Shown: positions 10,337 through 24,815, numbered from the stretch's first letter. The stretch is DNA of 64,000 nt from Hydrurus foetidus (GCA_900617105.1 UYFQ01000032.1:310001-374000); one strand, 5' to 3'. Numbers and translations: made by a program. Notes: a model not told the origin generated them from the sequence alone.

Positions 10337-11545
10337 TCAGGCGGTAGCATGCACCCACCCCGCAGCGCACCAATCCCGTAACAAAGACTGCGCATCCGCA
10401 CTGGGTTTCTTCAGCTGCTTCGCGTCCAACGACCGCTGATCGGCCAAGGCCCGCATCAGCATAGCATCGCGCCCAGCGGCCAAGTAACTCTCACCGTTGA
10501 TGAAAATATGCTTTGCGTCATACATCATTCGGGTGCTGCGGTCTAGGGCCACGCCTAAGAAAGCTGCCGGCGCACTGCCCGCTTCAAACCAGGCGTTCGG
10601 CTTAGGCTCGGTCAAGCTTTCACCCAAAAGACGAGGCAGGCTGTCAGCCTCAGCCATAACCCGCTGCACCTGAGCCGCTGCAAAGGCCTGCAAAGCGTCA
10701 GGGATGGCGGCGGGGCCAGCCACAGCGGCCTGCTGAGGGTCTTTGTACAGGGTTTTAGGGGATGCGGAAGCCGCTGCGATATCGGTATCCGCATCTTCAT
10801 CGTCTTCGCAAGCGCTGGCCTCGTCAGCTGCGTCTTCCACCAGTTCATCGACCATGCGCTGCAACAACTCCAGTGCCAACCCACGGCCATCTGGAGCGCG
10901 AAAACCAATCGAATAAGTCATGCACTCGTTCAACGCCACACCGTCATGGGCGTAGCGGGGGGGCAGGTACAGCATGTCACCGGGGTTGAGAATGAATTCT
11001 TCTTCGTATTCAAAGTGCGCCAACACCTTGAGCGGCACGCCATCACGCAAAGTCAGGTCTTGCTGCTGACCAATGCGCCAGCGGCGTTGCCCATGCGCTT
11101 GCAGCAAAAACACATCGTAGCTGTCGAAATGCGGCCCCACGCCACCGCCCTCAGTGGCATAGCTCACCATCAGATCGTCCAAGCGGGCATCTGGCACAAA
11201 ACGGAACTGCTGCAAAAGCTGATACACCGCGTCGTCATGGGTGTCCACCCCTTGCACCAAAAGCGTCCACTGTTTTTGCGTCAACGCCGGTAACGCGCGA
11301 CGCTTAAAAGGCCCGTGGGTCAGCTGCCAGCCCTCCACGGCTTCTTCACTGGTAGCTTCTTGCACCACCAAGCGGGACTCCACCTCCTCACGGCCCGCCA
11401 ACGCAAACAGCGCACTGCGGTCAAGCAAGGCCGTAAAACCAGGCAAAGCTTGCCGAATCAGCAAGGGCTTTTTTTGCCAGTATTGCTGCATGAACTGGGT
11501 GGGGCTGAGGCCAGCCAGCAGGGGGAGAGCGGTTTGAATATCCAT
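10337..11545 (-). CDS. roxA: JmjC/cupin 2-oxoglutarate oxygenase, RoxA/YcfD family
   Basis: WQKKPLLIR, GPHFDSYDVF (HxD) and PGDMLYLPP-AH motifs. Confidence 0.85.
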   Translation of the reverse strand: MDIQTALPLLAGLSPTQFMQQYWQKKPLLIRQALPGFTALLDRSALFALAGREEVESRLVVQEATSEEAVEGWQLTHGPFKRRALPALTQKQWTLLVQGVDTHDDAVYQLLQQFRFVPDARLDDLMVSYATEGGGVGPHFDSYDVFLLQAHGQRRWRIGQQQDLTLRDGVPLKVLAHFEYEEEFILNPGDMLYLPPRYAHDGVALNECMTYSIGFRAPDGRGLALELLQRMVDELVEDAADEASACEDDEDADTDIAAASASPKTLYKDPQQAAVAGPAAIPDALQAFAAAQVQRVMAEADSLPRLLGESLTEPKPNAWFEAGSAPAAFLGVALDRSTRMMYDAKHIFINGESYLAAGRDAMLMRALADQRSLDAKQLKKPSADAQSLLRDWCAAGWVHATA

Positions 11546-11562
11546 AGTGCGACAATTCTCCT

Positions 11563-12144
11563 ATGGAAATCAATCAACAATGCGTGGTCGGGCTCACCTG
11601 GACCATGAAAGACACCGTCGGCGAAGTCTTGGACGTGCTGGACGACCCAGTGGAATTTTTAATCGGTGGCGACGACCTGTTCGCCACCATCGAAGCCGCC
11701 TTGCAGGGCCATGAACCAGGTGACAAGCTCGACTTGCACCTGGAGCCAGAGCAAGCCTTTGGCGACTATGACGAGAACCTCGTGTTCCTCGATCCACGCG
11801 CCGCCTTCCCAGCCGATGTCGAAGAAGGCATGACCTTTGAAGGCCACGGCCTGCCTGCGGGTTGCAGCCCTGATGCGCCCAAAGACGCGCTTTACACCGT
11901 CACCGAAATTTACCCAGAGCATGTGGTTCTGGACGGCAACCACCCGCTGGCAGGCATCGCGCTGCGCCTGAGCCTCAAGGTGGAATCGGTACGGGAAGCG
12001 ACCGAGCAAGAAATCGGCGCAGGCAGCGCAGGCACGGGGTTTTTCAGGATTCAGCCCCATGTGGCAAATTCAGACATGGCCTTTGACGAGGATGAAAATG
12101 GCGATGAAGGTGCCGAAGAGGACAACGAACCCACGCGGCACTGA
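11563..12144 (+). CDS. FKBP-type peptidyl-prolyl isomerase (SlyD-like, acidic tail)
   Basis: PEQAFGDYD and LDGNHPLAG motifs; no His-rich tail. Confidence 0.88.
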   Translation: MEINQQCVVGLTWTMKDTVGEVLDVLDDPVEFLIGGDDLFATIEAALQGHEPGDKLDLHLEPEQAFGDYDENLVFLDPRAAFPADVEEGMTFEGHGLPAGCSPDAPKDALYTVTEIYPEHVVLDGNHPLAGIALRLSLKVESVREATEQEIGAGSAGTGFFRIQPHVANSDMAFDEDENGDEGAEEDNEPTRH

Positions 12145-12168
12145 GTCTTTGGCCCGGACAGGCTGACC

Positions 12169-12615
12169 TCAGCCCTTCCCGGTTGACCCGTACCCGCCCT
12201 CGCCCCGCACGCTGGGCGGGAAATCCTCCACCACATTGAACTGAGCCTGCACCACGGGCACGATGATGAGCTGTGCAATGCGCTCCATCGGTGCAATCGT
12301 GAACGCGGTGCTGCTGCGGTTCCAGGCGCTGACCATCAGTTGGCCCTGGTAATCGCTGTCGATCAGCCCCACCAAATTGCCCAACACGATGCCGTGTTTA
12401 TGGCCTAAACCTGAGCGCGGCAAGATCATCGCGGCGTAGCCAGGGTCTTCCAGGTAAATAGAGATGCCAGTGGGCACCAGTTGCCACGCATTGGGCTCCA
12501 GCGTCAGCGGAGCGTCCAAACAAGCACGCAAATCCAACCCGGCACTGCCTGGGGTGGCGTAGGCGGGCAAATGGTCGCGCATACGCACATCGGTGATTTT
12601 CAAGTCGATTTTCAT
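12169..12615 (-). CDS. dut: dUTP diphosphatase
   Basis: [22 protein letters not shown] and [10 protein letters not shown] motifs. Confidence 0.97.
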   Translation of the reverse strand: MKIDLKITDVRMRDHLPAYATPGSAGLDLRACLDAPLTLEPNAWQLVPTGISIYLEDPGYAAMILPRSGLGHKHGIVLGNLVGLIDSDYQGQLMVSAWNRSSTAFTIAPMERIAQLIIVPVVQAQFNVVEDFPPSVRGEGGYGSTGKG

Positions 12616-12641
12616 GATTTTTGACTTCATTTTAAGGCTTA

Positions 12642-13853
12642 TCAGCTTATACGGCGTGCTATATCAGCTATCAACTGTGTAGCAAGCAAGCGTTTGGAAG
12701 CGTGTGGCAATTCGCGTGCGCCATCTGCATCGACCAGCAGCAAGGCGTTGTCGTCCAAGCCGAACGTGGCGGGGCCGATGTTGCCAACGAGCAGTGGCAC
12801 ACCTTTGCGGATGCGTTTGGCGGTGGCGTTGGCCAGCAGGTCATGGCTTTCAGCGGCAAAGCCCACGCAGAACAACGTGCCGCTTTGTGCACGGGGCGAA
12901 TGGGCCACAGCGGCCAAGATGTCGGTGTTCTCGGTAAACGTGAGCGAAGGGGTTTGACCGGATCCGTCTTTTTTGATTTTTTGCGTTGACGCACTGGCTG
13001 GCCGCCAATCTGCCACCGCAGCAGTTGCTATGAAAATATGAGCTATTGGCGCATATTTATTAACCGCCTCCAGCATATTCTGTGCAGATTGCACATTCAC
13101 ACGAGTCACGCCACGAGGAGTGGGCAGACTGACTGGCCCGGCGATCAGTGTGACCTGTGCGCCCGCCTCAAGTGCTGCTCTGGCAATGGCAAAACCCATC
13201 TTGCCGCTGGACAAATTGGTGATGCCGCGTACCGGGTCAATCGCCTCGAATGTCGGCCCAGCGCTTATCAGGACTTGTTTTCCCGCTAGTAATTTAGGTG
13301 TAAAGAAAGCGATCAAATCGGCCAGCAGCTCTTGCGGCTCCAGCATCCGGCCATCCCCCGTTTCGCCACAGGCTTGGTCGCCCTGCCCCACGCCCAGCAC
13401 GGTGGTGCCATCGGCTCTGAGTTGGGCCACATTGCGCTGGGTGGCGGGATGTGCCCACATTTCGCGGTTCATCGCCGGGGCAAGCAGCAAAGGCACCTTG
13501 TCGAGGGGCCGTGCCAAGCACATCAAACTCAGCAAATCGCCCGCACCGCCTTGCACCAATTGCGCCATGAAATCCGCACTGCACGGCGCGATGACGATGG
13601 CATCGGCCTCACGGCTGAGGTTGATGTGCGGCATATTGTTAGCTTCGCGGGTGTCCCACTGTGAGCTGTAGACGGGCCGGTTAGAGAGTGCTTGCATCGT
13701 CACCGGGGTGATGAACTGCTCGGCCGCAGCCGTCATCACCACCTGCACCGTGGCACCTTCTTTGACCAAAGCGCGGCAAAAATCCGCGGCCTTGTAGCAG
13801 GCGATACCCCCAGTCAGTCCCAGAACAATGTGTTTACCGTTGAGTTCATTCAT
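12642..13853 (-). CDS. coaBC: Phosphopantothenoylcysteine decarboxylase/ligase
   Basis: [22 protein letters not shown] and [15 protein letters not shown] motifs; start at MNELNGK. Confidence 0.96.
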   Translation of the reverse strand: MNELNGKHIVLGLTGGIACYKAADFCRALVKEGATVQVVMTAAAEQFITPVTMQALSNRPVYSSQWDTREANNMPHINLSREADAIVIAPCSADFMAQLVQGGAGDLLSLMCLARPLDKVPLLLAPAMNREMWAHPATQRNVAQLRADGTTVLGVGQGDQACGETGDGRMLEPQELLADLIAFFTPKLLAGKQVLISAGPTFEAIDPVRGITNLSSGKMGFAIARAALEAGAQVTLIAGPVSLPTPRGVTRVNVQSAQNMLEAVNKYAPIAHIFIATAAVADWRPASASTQKIKKDGSGQTPSLTFTENTDILAAVAHSPRAQSGTLFCVGFAAESHDLLANATAKRIRKGVPLLVGNIGPATFGLDDNALLLVDADGARELPHASKRLLATQLIADIARRIS

Positions 13854-13886
13854 GCGCCGCAATGTAGCAGAGCAATACCCTGAAGA

Positions 13887-14199
13887 CAGCATTTTTAATC
13901 TTCGTTCACCACCTCTCGTGACTTACCCCTCGGGTCTGACATGATCAAGTTTATCTTCGGCATCGGCTGTGTGGCGTCTTCCCTTGGCAAGAGCGTCGCC
14001 TTAACCTCTCTCGCGACGAGCCTCAAATTGCGGGGCCTGACAGTCACCCTCATCAAACTTGCCCCTTACATTAACTTAGACCTTGGCACCATGTAGCTTT
14101 TCCAGCATGAGGAGGTATTTGTCACTGACGACGACGCTGAAACCTATCTGGATTTAGGCCATTACGAGCGCTTTATCACCCAGGGAATACGCCGCACCA
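13887..14199 (+). pseudogene. pyrG: Decayed duplicate of the pyrG upstream region and first ~86 codons
   Basis: Colinear without indels with 16046-16358 (offset 2159). ATG 13941 gives [17 protein letters not shown]...; TCG>TAG stop at 14094-14096. Confidence 0.92.
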
Positions 14200-14200
14200 C

Positions 14201-15763
14201 TCAAGCAGTTTGGAACTGTCTAACGAGAGTGGTCAGCGTTATCGCCTGTTCACTAAGTGATGCAGCAGCAGCAGCCGATTGCTCAACCAATGCAGTGTTC
14301 TGCTGTGTCATATCGTCAATTTCATGCACCGATTGGTTCAGTTGAACGATTCCTTCGGATTGCTGAGCCGAAGCCACACTAATTTCTTCGACAATGTGAT
14401 TAACTTGCTTAGCGTTTGTAACGATGCTCCGCATAGCCGTGCCAGCTTGCTCAACAAGTCGTACACCGCCATCTACGGCATCTACACTGGTCATGATGAG
14501 GACTTTTATTTCATGAGCAGCGTTCGCTGAGCGTTGGGCCAAAGCACGAACTTCGCTGGCAACAACAGCAAAACCCCTTCCTTGCTCACCTGCCCGAGCA
14601 GCTTCAACAGCAGCGTTCAGGGCCAAGATATTGGTTTGAAATGCAATGGAGTCAATCAAACCAATAATGTCATTTATTTTTTTGCTTGACTTTGCAATGT
14701 CTTGCATACTCAGAACCGCTTGCTCAACCACTTGACCACAATTCTGTGCAGAGTTCGACACAGAGGCAGCCAGCCCATTCGCCGTCTGCGCAGAAGCTGC
14801 CGTGCTCTGCACATTCTCTAACAGATGAGAAATTGCAGATGCTGTTATCTGCAAATTCTTGGCAGTTTGTTCAGTGCGCACGGATAAATCTTGGTTACCA
14901 GCAGCTATTTCTTGACTGGCTGATGAAATCAGCTCACTGGAGCCTCTTACTTGGGCCACGATGTAGGCAATACCTCCTTGCATATTTTCCAACGAAGTTT
15001 GCAGATCGGTCATTTCATCTTGGCCAAAAATTTCAATTTTTTGAGTTAAATCTCCTTTTGCAATAGAAACCGTATTAAGACGTACAAGCTTCAATGGATT
15101 ACAAATAGCAACTATATTTATCCAATTGGCTGAAACAACCAAAAGCAGTCCTATTGTTAACAAAATTGCAAAAATCAATTGCATTTGAAATGCAACCTGC
15201 TTTTGTTCATAGGTCGATGCCTGCAGAGTCAAGGTAATTCCTTCACCCAATTGCACGAGTAGCTTGTCCGCCTCCAAAAACTCTGACGCGGCCAATCCTG
15301 ATAATTTATGGGCAGAAGTTGCTGAATCAAAAACGCTTTCCTCCAAACTTTTTATAATAGGTTCCATTCGTGCCTTATATGCAGAAATTCGACCAGAAAG
15401 AGCTTTTACTACTGCTTTCTCCGACTCCGATCGCCCTACTGAGAAATGCTCAGTCAATTTATGTATGGTGTCCACACCGATTTCCCATTTTTGGTGAGAA
15501 TTTTTTATTTTATTAGGAGATTCATATAAAATAATCATTTCCTTCTCCAAAAGTCGTACTTTTGCCATTTCACTGCGCAAAAGATCAAGCCCTTTCAAAC
15601 TATCAACTGACAGCGCCGCAGCAAGCTCACTGGATGTTTGTACTCTGGCCATACCCCAAAGACCTGCACCACCCAAAAGCAATTGGAATATCATAATAAT
15701 AAAAACTACCACAATCATTCTATTTTTAATTCTAAATCCACGCATCATTTCTACAATATTCAT
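14201..15763 (-). CDS. Methyl-accepting chemotaxis protein (AT-rich, likely acquired)
   Basis: Two TM segments flanking a periplasmic sensor, HAMP domain, signalling hairpin [34 protein letters not shown]. Confidence 0.95.
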   Translation of the reverse strand: MNIVEMMRGFRIKNRMIVVVFIIMIFQLLLGGAGLWGMARVQTSSELAAALSVDSLKGLDLLRSEMAKVRLLEKEMIILYESPNKIKNSHQKWEIGVDTIHKLTEHFSVGRSESEKAVVKALSGRISAYKARMEPIIKSLEESVFDSATSAHKLSGLAASEFLEADKLLVQLGEGITLTLQASTYEQKQVAFQMQLIFAILLTIGLLLVVSANWINIVAICNPLKLVRLNTVSIAKGDLTQKIEIFGQDEMTDLQTSLENMQGGIAYIVAQVRGSSELISSASQEIAAGNQDLSVRTEQTAKNLQITASAISHLLENVQSTAASAQTANGLAASVSNSAQNCGQVVEQAVLSMQDIAKSSKKINDIIGLIDSIAFQTNILALNAAVEAARAGEQGRGFAVVASEVRALAQRSANAAHEIKVLIMTSVDAVDGGVRLVEQAGTAMRSIVTNAKQVNHIVEEISVASAQQSEGIVQLNQSVHEIDDMTQQNTALVEQSAAAAASLSEQAITLTTLVRQFQTA

Positions 15764-16045
15764 TTAATTTCTCCATGGGAGTTGTCTCAATTTCAAATAC
15801 ATTTAATAAAATTGCAAAATATGCAATCAAAATAAAATATAAGCGATTTATGGAAAATTTTTATTAAATAAATAATTTAATTTAATTTAAAAATTTCTTA
15901 AACCATCTTTTATCAGAAATTGATATACACAAGAGAAAAATGGTCATTTCAGCTGAAGCGCCCCGACCCCAATCACATGACGCACAGACTCGACCAAGTA
16001 GCCAGATCGCGCTAGAAGACCAAGAGCGTCGTCAATGAGGCCTAG

Positions 16046-17752
<1,707 letters not shown>

Positions 17753-17761
17753 AGACAAAAC

Positions 17762-18619
17762 ATGAAACTCTGCAACTTCGACATCGGCTTAGACCAGCCC
17801 TTCTTTCTCATCGCGGGCCCCTGCGTCGTCGAGTCTGAACAATTGCAGATGGACACAGCGGGCACCTTGAAAGAGATCACCGCATCCCTTGGTATTCCCT
17901 TCATCTTCAAAAGCAGCTTCGACAAAGCCAACCGCTCGTCGGGCACCAGCTTTCGTGGCCCAGGGCGCGAAAAGGGCTTGGAGATCATGGCCAAGGTGAA
18001 GCGCGAGTTGGCCTTGTTCACGCTGACCGATGTGCATTCAGAAGATGACATTACCGCCGCCGCCGCTGTGGTCGATGTGCTGCAAACACCCGCCTTCCTG
18101 TGCCGCCAGACCGACTTCATCCGCGCCGTGGCCCAAAGCGGCAAACCGGTGAACATCAAAAAAGGCCAGTTTCTCGCGCCCCATGACATGAAAAACGTCA
18201 TCGACAAAGCCCGTGCTGCGGCCCGCGATGCTGGTTTGCCTGACGACAACTTCATGGCCTGCGAGCGGGGTGCCAGCTTCGGCTACAACAACTTGGTCAG
18301 CGACATGCGCAGCCTCGCCATCATGCGAGAAACACTGGCCCCGGTCGTGTTCGATGCGACCCACTCGGTGCAGCTGCCTGGCGGAAACGGCACCAGCAGC
18401 GGCGGCATGCGTGAGATGGTGCCTGTGCTGGCCCGCGCCGCAGTAGCAGTAGGCGTGGCGGGTCTTTTCATGGAAACCCACCCTGACCCGGCCAACGCTT
18501 TGAGCGATGGCCCTAATGCCGTGCCGCTGAAGCACATGAAAGCGTTGTTAGAAACTCTCTTGGCACTCGACCGCGTGACCAAGGCCCACGGTTACCTCGA
18601 AGAAAGGTTTGAACCATGA
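17762..18619 (+). CDS. kdsA: KDO 8-phosphate synthase
   Basis: [19 protein letters not shown] and DATHSVQ motifs. Confidence 0.97.
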   Translation: MKLCNFDIGLDQPFFLIAGPCVVESEQLQMDTAGTLKEITASLGIPFIFKSSFDKANRSSGTSFRGPGREKGLEIMAKVKRELALFTLTDVHSEDDITAAAAVVDVLQTPAFLCRQTDFIRAVAQSGKPVNIKKGQFLAPHDMKNVIDKARAAARDAGLPDDNFMACERGASFGYNNLVSDMRSLAIMRETLAPVVFDATHSVQLPGGNGTSSGGMREMVPVLARAAVAVGVAGLFMETHPDPANALSDGPNAVPLKHMKALLETLLALDRVTKAHGYLEERFEP

Positions 18620-18906
18620 CCAGCGCTTACATCATTGCCGACGTGACCGTTACGAACGCAGAACAAATGGCCGCCTACCGCGTCTGGAGCACCAAAGCCA
18701 TGCAAGAATTCGGCGTTGAGGTGCTGGTGCGTGGCGGGGCCATCGAAGTGCTGGAGGGCGAGTGGTCTCCCACCCGCATCGTGGTGCTGAAATTCCCCAG
18801 CATCGCAGCGGCCCGCGCCTACTACGACAGCGCCACCTACACCCATGCCCGCCAAGTGCGCGAAGGCGCAGGCGTGATGCGTATGGTGGTGGTTGAAGGT
18901 ATTTGA
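18616..18906 (+). CDS. DUF1330-family protein
   Basis: 96 aa with VRGG-EVLEG-W and VVLKFPS-ARAYYDS-Y pattern; lies between kdsA and eno. Confidence 0.8.
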   Translation: MTSAYIIADVTVTNAEQMAAYRVWSTKAMQEFGVEVLVRGGAIEVLEGEWSPTRIVVLKFPSIAAARAYYDSATYTHARQVREGAGVMRMVVVEGI

Positions 18907-18938
18907 TTTTCCTGTTTTAAAACTTAAAGAGAAGCTAA

Positions 18939-20225
<1,287 letters not shown>

Positions 20226-20246
20226 ACGGTACTGCCCCTCCACAAC

Positions 20247-20522
20247 ATGGGTTTTCGCCTGCTTCCACTGGTGTTGATCGGATTGCTGGTTGTGATGCAC
20301 GCCCAGTTGTGGCAAGGCCGGGGCAGCCTCTCCAACGTCAAACTTCTGCAAGCCAAGTTGGATGCTCAGATCGCCAAAAACACCCAAGCCCAGTGGGTCA
20401 ACGACCAACTGGCTGCTGAAGTGCGCGATCTGCAAGAGGGGCTAGAGATGGTGGAAGAAAAAGCACGTGCGGAGTTGGGCATGGTCAAGCCCAACGAAAC
20501 GTACGTGCAAATCGTGAAGTGA
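20247..20522 (+). CDS. ftsB: Cell division protein FtsB
   Basis: N-terminal TM, coiled coil, EEKARAELGMVKPNE; follows eno. Confidence 0.92.
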   Translation: MGFRLLPLVLIGLLVVMHAQLWQGRGSLSNVKLLQAKLDAQIAKNTQAQWVNDQLAAEVRDLQEGLEMVEEKARAELGMVKPNETYVQIVK

Positions 20523-20565
20523 TGGGATGCCGAGTTGCTTGATGTGCGTCACTTGATACGATTCA

Positions 20566-21195
20566 ATGCAGTCTGCCGTGATGTTTGAGGATCTCTTCGC
20601 TGAGGCTTTCACCCTCTGGGGCAGTGCCACCACATGGTTAGAAGTGGCAGGCTTTGCACTGGCCGTGCTGATGGTGATTGGCAACATCTTTGAGAAACTG
20701 TGGGCATGGCCGCTGGCCATCATCAGCTCGCTGCTTTATTTCGCGCTGTTTTGGCGCAGCAAGCTGTATGGTGATGCAGTGCTGCAAATCCTCTTCGTCG
20801 TGCTGGCCCTGTGGGGCTGGTGGCAATGGTGGTATGGCAAAAAAGCCGATGGTGCAGCCTTACCCATCAGCACACTCACACAGCGTGGCACATTAAAAAT
20901 GATAGCTGCCTGCGCCCTGCTTTGGCCTGTTATAGGTCTTTTTCTTAAATTATTTACCGACACCGATGTTCCTTGGTGGGATGCCTTTCCGACCGCAGTC
21001 AGTCTGGTGGCGCAGTTTTTGTTGGCCCGTAAATACGTAGAGAACTGGCTGGCGTGGACAGCCGTCAACACCGTCAGCATCGGCTTGTTTGTGTACAAAG
21101 GGCTGTGGCTGACGGCCATTCTCTACCTGCTGTTCATCGCCATGAGCGTGGTGGGCTGGCAGGCGTGGCGCCAGCGTTTGCACACGGCAGCGTGA
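20566..21195 (+). CDS. pnuC: Nicotinamide riboside transporter PnuC family
   Basis: Multi-TM protein with PWWDAF and LLARKYVENW motifs; start may be at 20581. Confidence 0.88.
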   Translation: MQSAVMFEDLFAEAFTLWGSATTWLEVAGFALAVLMVIGNIFEKLWAWPLAIISSLLYFALFWRSKLYGDAVLQILFVVLALWGWWQWWYGKKADGAALPISTLTQRGTLKMIAACALLWPVIGLFLKLFTDTDVPWWDAFPTAVSLVAQFLLARKYVENWLAWTAVNTVSIGLFVYKGLWLTAILYLLFIAMSVVGWQAWRQRLHTAA

Positions 21196-21205
21196 GCATG
21201 ACACC

Positions 21206-21922
21206 GTGAATGTGCCTCTTGTTATCGCACTGCTGGGTGCCGAAAGCACCGGTAAAACCCAACTCACCCTGGCACTGGCCGCATACTGGCAAACTCAAGG
21301 GCTGACGGTGGTTGCGGTCGCCGAAGTACTGCGCAAATGGTGTGACCAAGCCGGACGCACGCCCCAGCCCCATGAACAAGCCGCGATAGCGCAAGAGCAA
21401 GCTCGCTGCACCCTGGCCGCGTTGACCACACCCGGCGTGAACATGGTGATCGCCGACACCACCCCACTGATGACAGCGGTCTACAGCGACAAACTGTTCC
21501 AAGACCGCTCGCTCTACGCTTTGGCTTTGGCCCACCACCGAATCTACACCCACACGCTGCTGACGGGCTTGGATTTACCTTGGGTGGCTGACGGCATACA
21601 GCGCGACAGCCCTGCTGTGCAAGCACCTGTGGATGCGATGGTGCGCAGTGCACTGGGCAGCGCAGGTATTGCTTTTCAGGTGGTGTATGGGCAAGGTGAA
21701 GAGCGCTTGCACAGTGCCTTGCGCGCTCTGAACGCAGGTAATTTTCGTCAAAATGCTATTAAATCAGTAGCATTTACCGCTGATTTCGTAAGGTTACAAA
21801 GCACTAAAAGCGATCAAAATACACGGGGACCGCGTAGCTCCCGCGCCACATGGGCCTGGGCGTGCGACAAATGCAGCGACCCCGAGTGCGAGCACCGCTT
21901 GTTTACTGGACTGCCGCTGTAG
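21206..21922 (+). CDS. NadR-like P-loop kinase/ATPase
   Basis: GAESTGKT P-loop, DTTPLMT, DLPWVADG; coupled to pnuC; C-terminal CDKC-CEH. Confidence 0.85.
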   Translation: MNVPLVIALLGAESTGKTQLTLALAAYWQTQGLTVVAVAEVLRKWCDQAGRTPQPHEQAAIAQEQARCTLAALTTPGVNMVIADTTPLMTAVYSDKLFQDRSLYALALAHHRIYTHTLLTGLDLPWVADGIQRDSPAVQAPVDAMVRSALGSAGIAFQVVYGQGEERLHSALRALNAGNFRQNAIKSVAFTADFVRLQSTKSDQNTRGPRSSRATWAWACDKCSDPECEHRLFTGLPL

Positions 21923-22889
21923 ATGGCACAGGTACTGCGCCTGCAACGAATAACTGTGCAGCATCAACGGCATCAAACGCATACTGCTTGCCGCAAAAAT
22001 CGCAGCCCACTTCGATGGTGTTCCGCTCAGCAATAATGCTTTCGGCCTCTGCCACCCCCAGGCTGACGATCATGCGCCCGACACGCTCGCGACTGCAACT
22101 GCACTCAAAACGCGGGCCAGTCTCGCCCGTCAACGGTTCGTAGCGCAACACTTTTTCTTCCCAAAATAGCCTGTGCAGCACCGTGTCCACGTCCAGCGTC
22201 AGCAACTCTTCGGCTTTCAGGCTTTTGGCGAGGATAGCAATGCGGTTGTAGTCTTCGTTGACACCAATTTCCTCTTCATTGCGCAGGTTCAAAGTGCCTT
22301 CCAGATTGCCTTCGCCCTTCAACGGCAGGCGTTGAATCAGCAGCCCCGCAGCCACCTCGTCGTTTGCAGCCAACACCAGCGTGGTGTCGATTTGCTGGCT
22401 TTGCAACATGAAATGCTCAATCACGCTGCTGAGGTGCTCCAGCTTTTCACGCTTGTCACCGTACAGCGGCACCAGACTTTGGTAAGGCTGCTGGCCGGGC
22501 ATTTTGTCTTGGGGGTCTAGCGTGATGGCGCACTGGCCTTGGTTCTTCTCATTCACCATGCTGCTCAGGCTGGCGTTGTCAGCGATCTCACCCACCACTT
22601 TGGCGGTAGCGCGCAGCCGCAGGTCAGATTGCACCTCCACCACAGCCACTTTCAGCGGCCCATCGCCAAAAATTTGCATCACCAAAGCCCCGTTGAACTG
22701 GATGCTGGCTTGCATCAGCACGCTAGCGGCAGACATTTCACCCAGCAGGGCACGCACTGGCAGTGGATCGGCACCGGTTTCGCTGTTGCCAGCGCGGCGC
22801 TTCAAGATTTCTTGCCAAGCGTCCGTCAAGCGCACCACCATGCCGCGCACGGGCAGGCCATCAAAGAGAAATTTATGCAGTTCAGACAT
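21903..22889 (-). CDS. hslO: Redox-regulated chaperone Hsp33
   Basis: CSCS and CDFC zinc-binding motifs; GLLIQRLP. Confidence 0.95.
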   Translation of the reverse strand: MSELHKFLFDGLPVRGMVVRLTDAWQEILKRRAGNSETGADPLPVRALLGEMSAASVLMQASIQFNGALVMQIFGDGPLKVAVVEVQSDLRLRATAKVVGEIADNASLSSMVNEKNQGQCAITLDPQDKMPGQQPYQSLVPLYGDKREKLEHLSSVIEHFMLQSQQIDTTLVLAANDEVAAGLLIQRLPLKGEGNLEGTLNLRNEEEIGVNEDYNRIAILAKSLKAEELLTLDVDTVLHRLFWEEKVLRYEPLTGETGPRFECSCSRERVGRMIVSLGVAEAESIIAERNTIEVGCDFCGKQYAFDAVDAAQLFVAGAVPVPSTAAVQ

Positions 22890-22911
22890 GCGGGTACATC
22901 AAATCAAAGGT

Positions 22912-23436
22912 TCAGGCGATTTTCTTTAAGCCGTTGCGAAAGCGGTTGGCGTTGTCCACGTAATGTTGGGCACTCATTTCCAAACCGGCAATTTGCTCGG
23001 ATGAGAGCTGGCGCACGGCTTTGGCAGGGCTGCCCAAAATCATCCATCCATCGGGAAATTCTTTGCCTTCAGTGACCAACGCACCAGCACCGACCAAACA
23101 ATGCTTTCCAATCTTGGCACCGTTCAAAACAACAGCACCAATTCCAATCAACGAGCCGTCACCGATGGTGCAGCCGTGCAGCATCACCTTGTGGCCCACC
23201 GTCACGTTGTCGCCAACCGTCAGCGGTTGCCCGATGTCGGCGTGCAGCACGCTGGCATCTTGGATGTTGGAATTGCGACCAATGTGGATGGTTTCGGTGT
23301 CACCGCGCACCACGGTGCCAAACCACACGCTGGCACCTTCGGCCAGCATCACATTGCCCATCACCTGGGCGCTGTCAGCCACCCAGGCCGTAGCGGCCAC
23401 TTGGGGTGCTGCGCCATCGAGTTCATACAAAGCCAT
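22912..23436 (-). CDS. Gamma carbonic anhydrase family (hexapeptide repeat) protein
   Basis: VRGD, SNIQD-VLH and VTVGH-LHGC motifs; start at MALYELDG. Confidence 0.92.
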   Translation of the reverse strand: MALYELDGAAPQVAATAWVADSAQVMGNVMLAEGASVWFGTVVRGDTETIHIGRNSNIQDASVLHADIGQPLTVGDNVTVGHKVMLHGCTIGDGSLIGIGAVVLNGAKIGKHCLVGAGALVTEGKEFPDGWMILGSPAKAVRQLSSEQIAGLEMSAQHYVDNANRFRNGLKKIA

Positions 23437-23573
23437 ACGGTCTCCTGATTTGGAATTGGGGGTATTCAACTTGTGCTGCCACAAAGGGTTGCGCTTGGGC
23501 AGTGCCAGACACAAGAATAGCGCAGCAATGGCAAAGCGCAGGACGCACGAGCGTCACCTCGCAACGTCAAGCC

Positions 23574-24218
23574 TCAATGCAAATGCCGAGGCCTGCGCCC
23601 ACCACCGCCATGACCCGCACCGCCGGGGCCACCTGAGCCACGCGGTGGACGCCCCAGCTCCAGGGAGTTAGCGAGTGCATCAAAGCGAAGGTTAAAGAGT
23701 TTGTCAATCTCGCCCACCACACCGCCCAGTTCAGCGCCGTCGAAATGGCGCTCCATCATGGCCACCACGTCTTGCACCAGCAAATCACGCTGCACCTGCA
23801 TGATGGCAGCAGGGTCAGGGCCAATGAACAGCATCACGAAATCGTCACGCGATTCGGCTTCTTCGTTGCGCTCGTCGTCCTCATCATCCTCGTCAAATTC
23901 CACGTCGTAGAAAGTGACTTCGATGGCAGCTCCGCGCTCGGAAAGCTCGTTCAGGCTCATGGCAACTTCGTCAAGTACTTGGCGAAAATCATCGTCGCCT
24001 GCGACCGTCCAGCACATTTGCAGCAAATGCGCCGGCGCGTCAAAGCGGATGCCGGGTTCTTCTTCATAGACGCTGGTGGAGCCGTCGGACAAATTGCGTC
24101 CGCCAGCGTATTTCCACAGGGGCTTGAGCGCGTCTTGAAGTTGGTCAAAACTCACGTCAGCACGCAGAGCCACTTCACCGTGGACGTGGATTTCTAGAGG
24201 AGCGTTGTAACGTGTCAT
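23574..24218 (-). CDS. Conserved hypothetical protein (possibly DUF6806)
   Basis: Long ORF with host-like codon usage (EIHVHG); family assignment is from recall and was not verified. Confidence 0.65.
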   Translation of the reverse strand: MTRYNAPLEIHVHGEVALRADVSFDQLQDALKPLWKYAGGRNLSDGSTSVYEEEPGIRFDAPAHLLQMCWTVAGDDDFRQVLDEVAMSLNELSERGAAIEVTFYDVEFDEDDEDDERNEEAESRDDFVMLFIGPDPAAIMQVQRDLLVQDVVAMMERHFDGAELGGVVGEIDKLFNLRFDALANSLELGRPPRGSGGPGGAGHGGGGRRPRHLH

Positions 24219-24247
24219 AGCAGCAATCGTGGAGGGGTCTGATACAA

Positions 24248-24274
24248 CCATTTGGTGCCGGAGCCGGTATCGAA
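24248..24274 (+). repeat. Distal att site (copy of the tRNA-Leu 3' end)
   Basis: CCATTTGGTGCC-GGAGCCGGTATCGAA versus CCATATGGTGCCCGGAGCCGGGGTCGAA at 34995-35022. Confidence 0.85.
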
Positions 24275-24517
24275 AATCAGGCTGTAACCCGCATGAATAC
24301 TAGGTTCCGGTGAATCAACTTTAAAAAGTACCGTAATAAGTACCGTAAAAATGTTTTGTGACCCCCTTGCGAGGGTTCGTATGGTCTGATTCTATGCCCA
24401 CAGGAACCCCATGCTCGCATCAAAACCTGCGGGGACAGCTGGCCGATTTGTTAATGGGGGGAACCACCGGGTTTTCAGGCATCATCGTATACGGGTATCC
24501 CGTACAATCACCACCCC

Positions 24518-24814
24518 ATGTACACCGTCATCGAATCCCCCGTCTTTCAAAAGCAGGCCGTGAAGGTTTGGGATGAAGCCGGGCGTTTTGCCTTCATCGA
24601 CTGGATCGCAAAAAACCCGATGGCGGGTGACGTGATTCCCGGTGCTGAAGGTGCGCGGAAAGTACGCTGGGCGGCTTCCGGGCGTGGCAAGCGCGGCGGC
24701 GCTCGGGTGGTTTACTTCAACTTGTCCGCACAGGGCGTGGTTTATTTGGTGACGGTCTATATCAAAGCCGATCAAGCCAACATCCTGCCCGGCGAAATTA
24801 AGGAGGTGGTTTGA
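24518..24814 (+). CDS. RelE/HigB-like type II toxin
   Basis: NPMAGDVIPGAEGARKVRW-GKRGGARVVYF-YIK pattern; toxin-first gene pair. Confidence 0.88.
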   Translation: MYTVIESPVFQKQAVKVWDEAGRFAFIDWIAKNPMAGDVIPGAEGARKVRWAASGRGKRGGARVVYFNLSAQGVVYLVTVYIKADQANILPGEIKEVV

Positions 24815-24815
24815 T

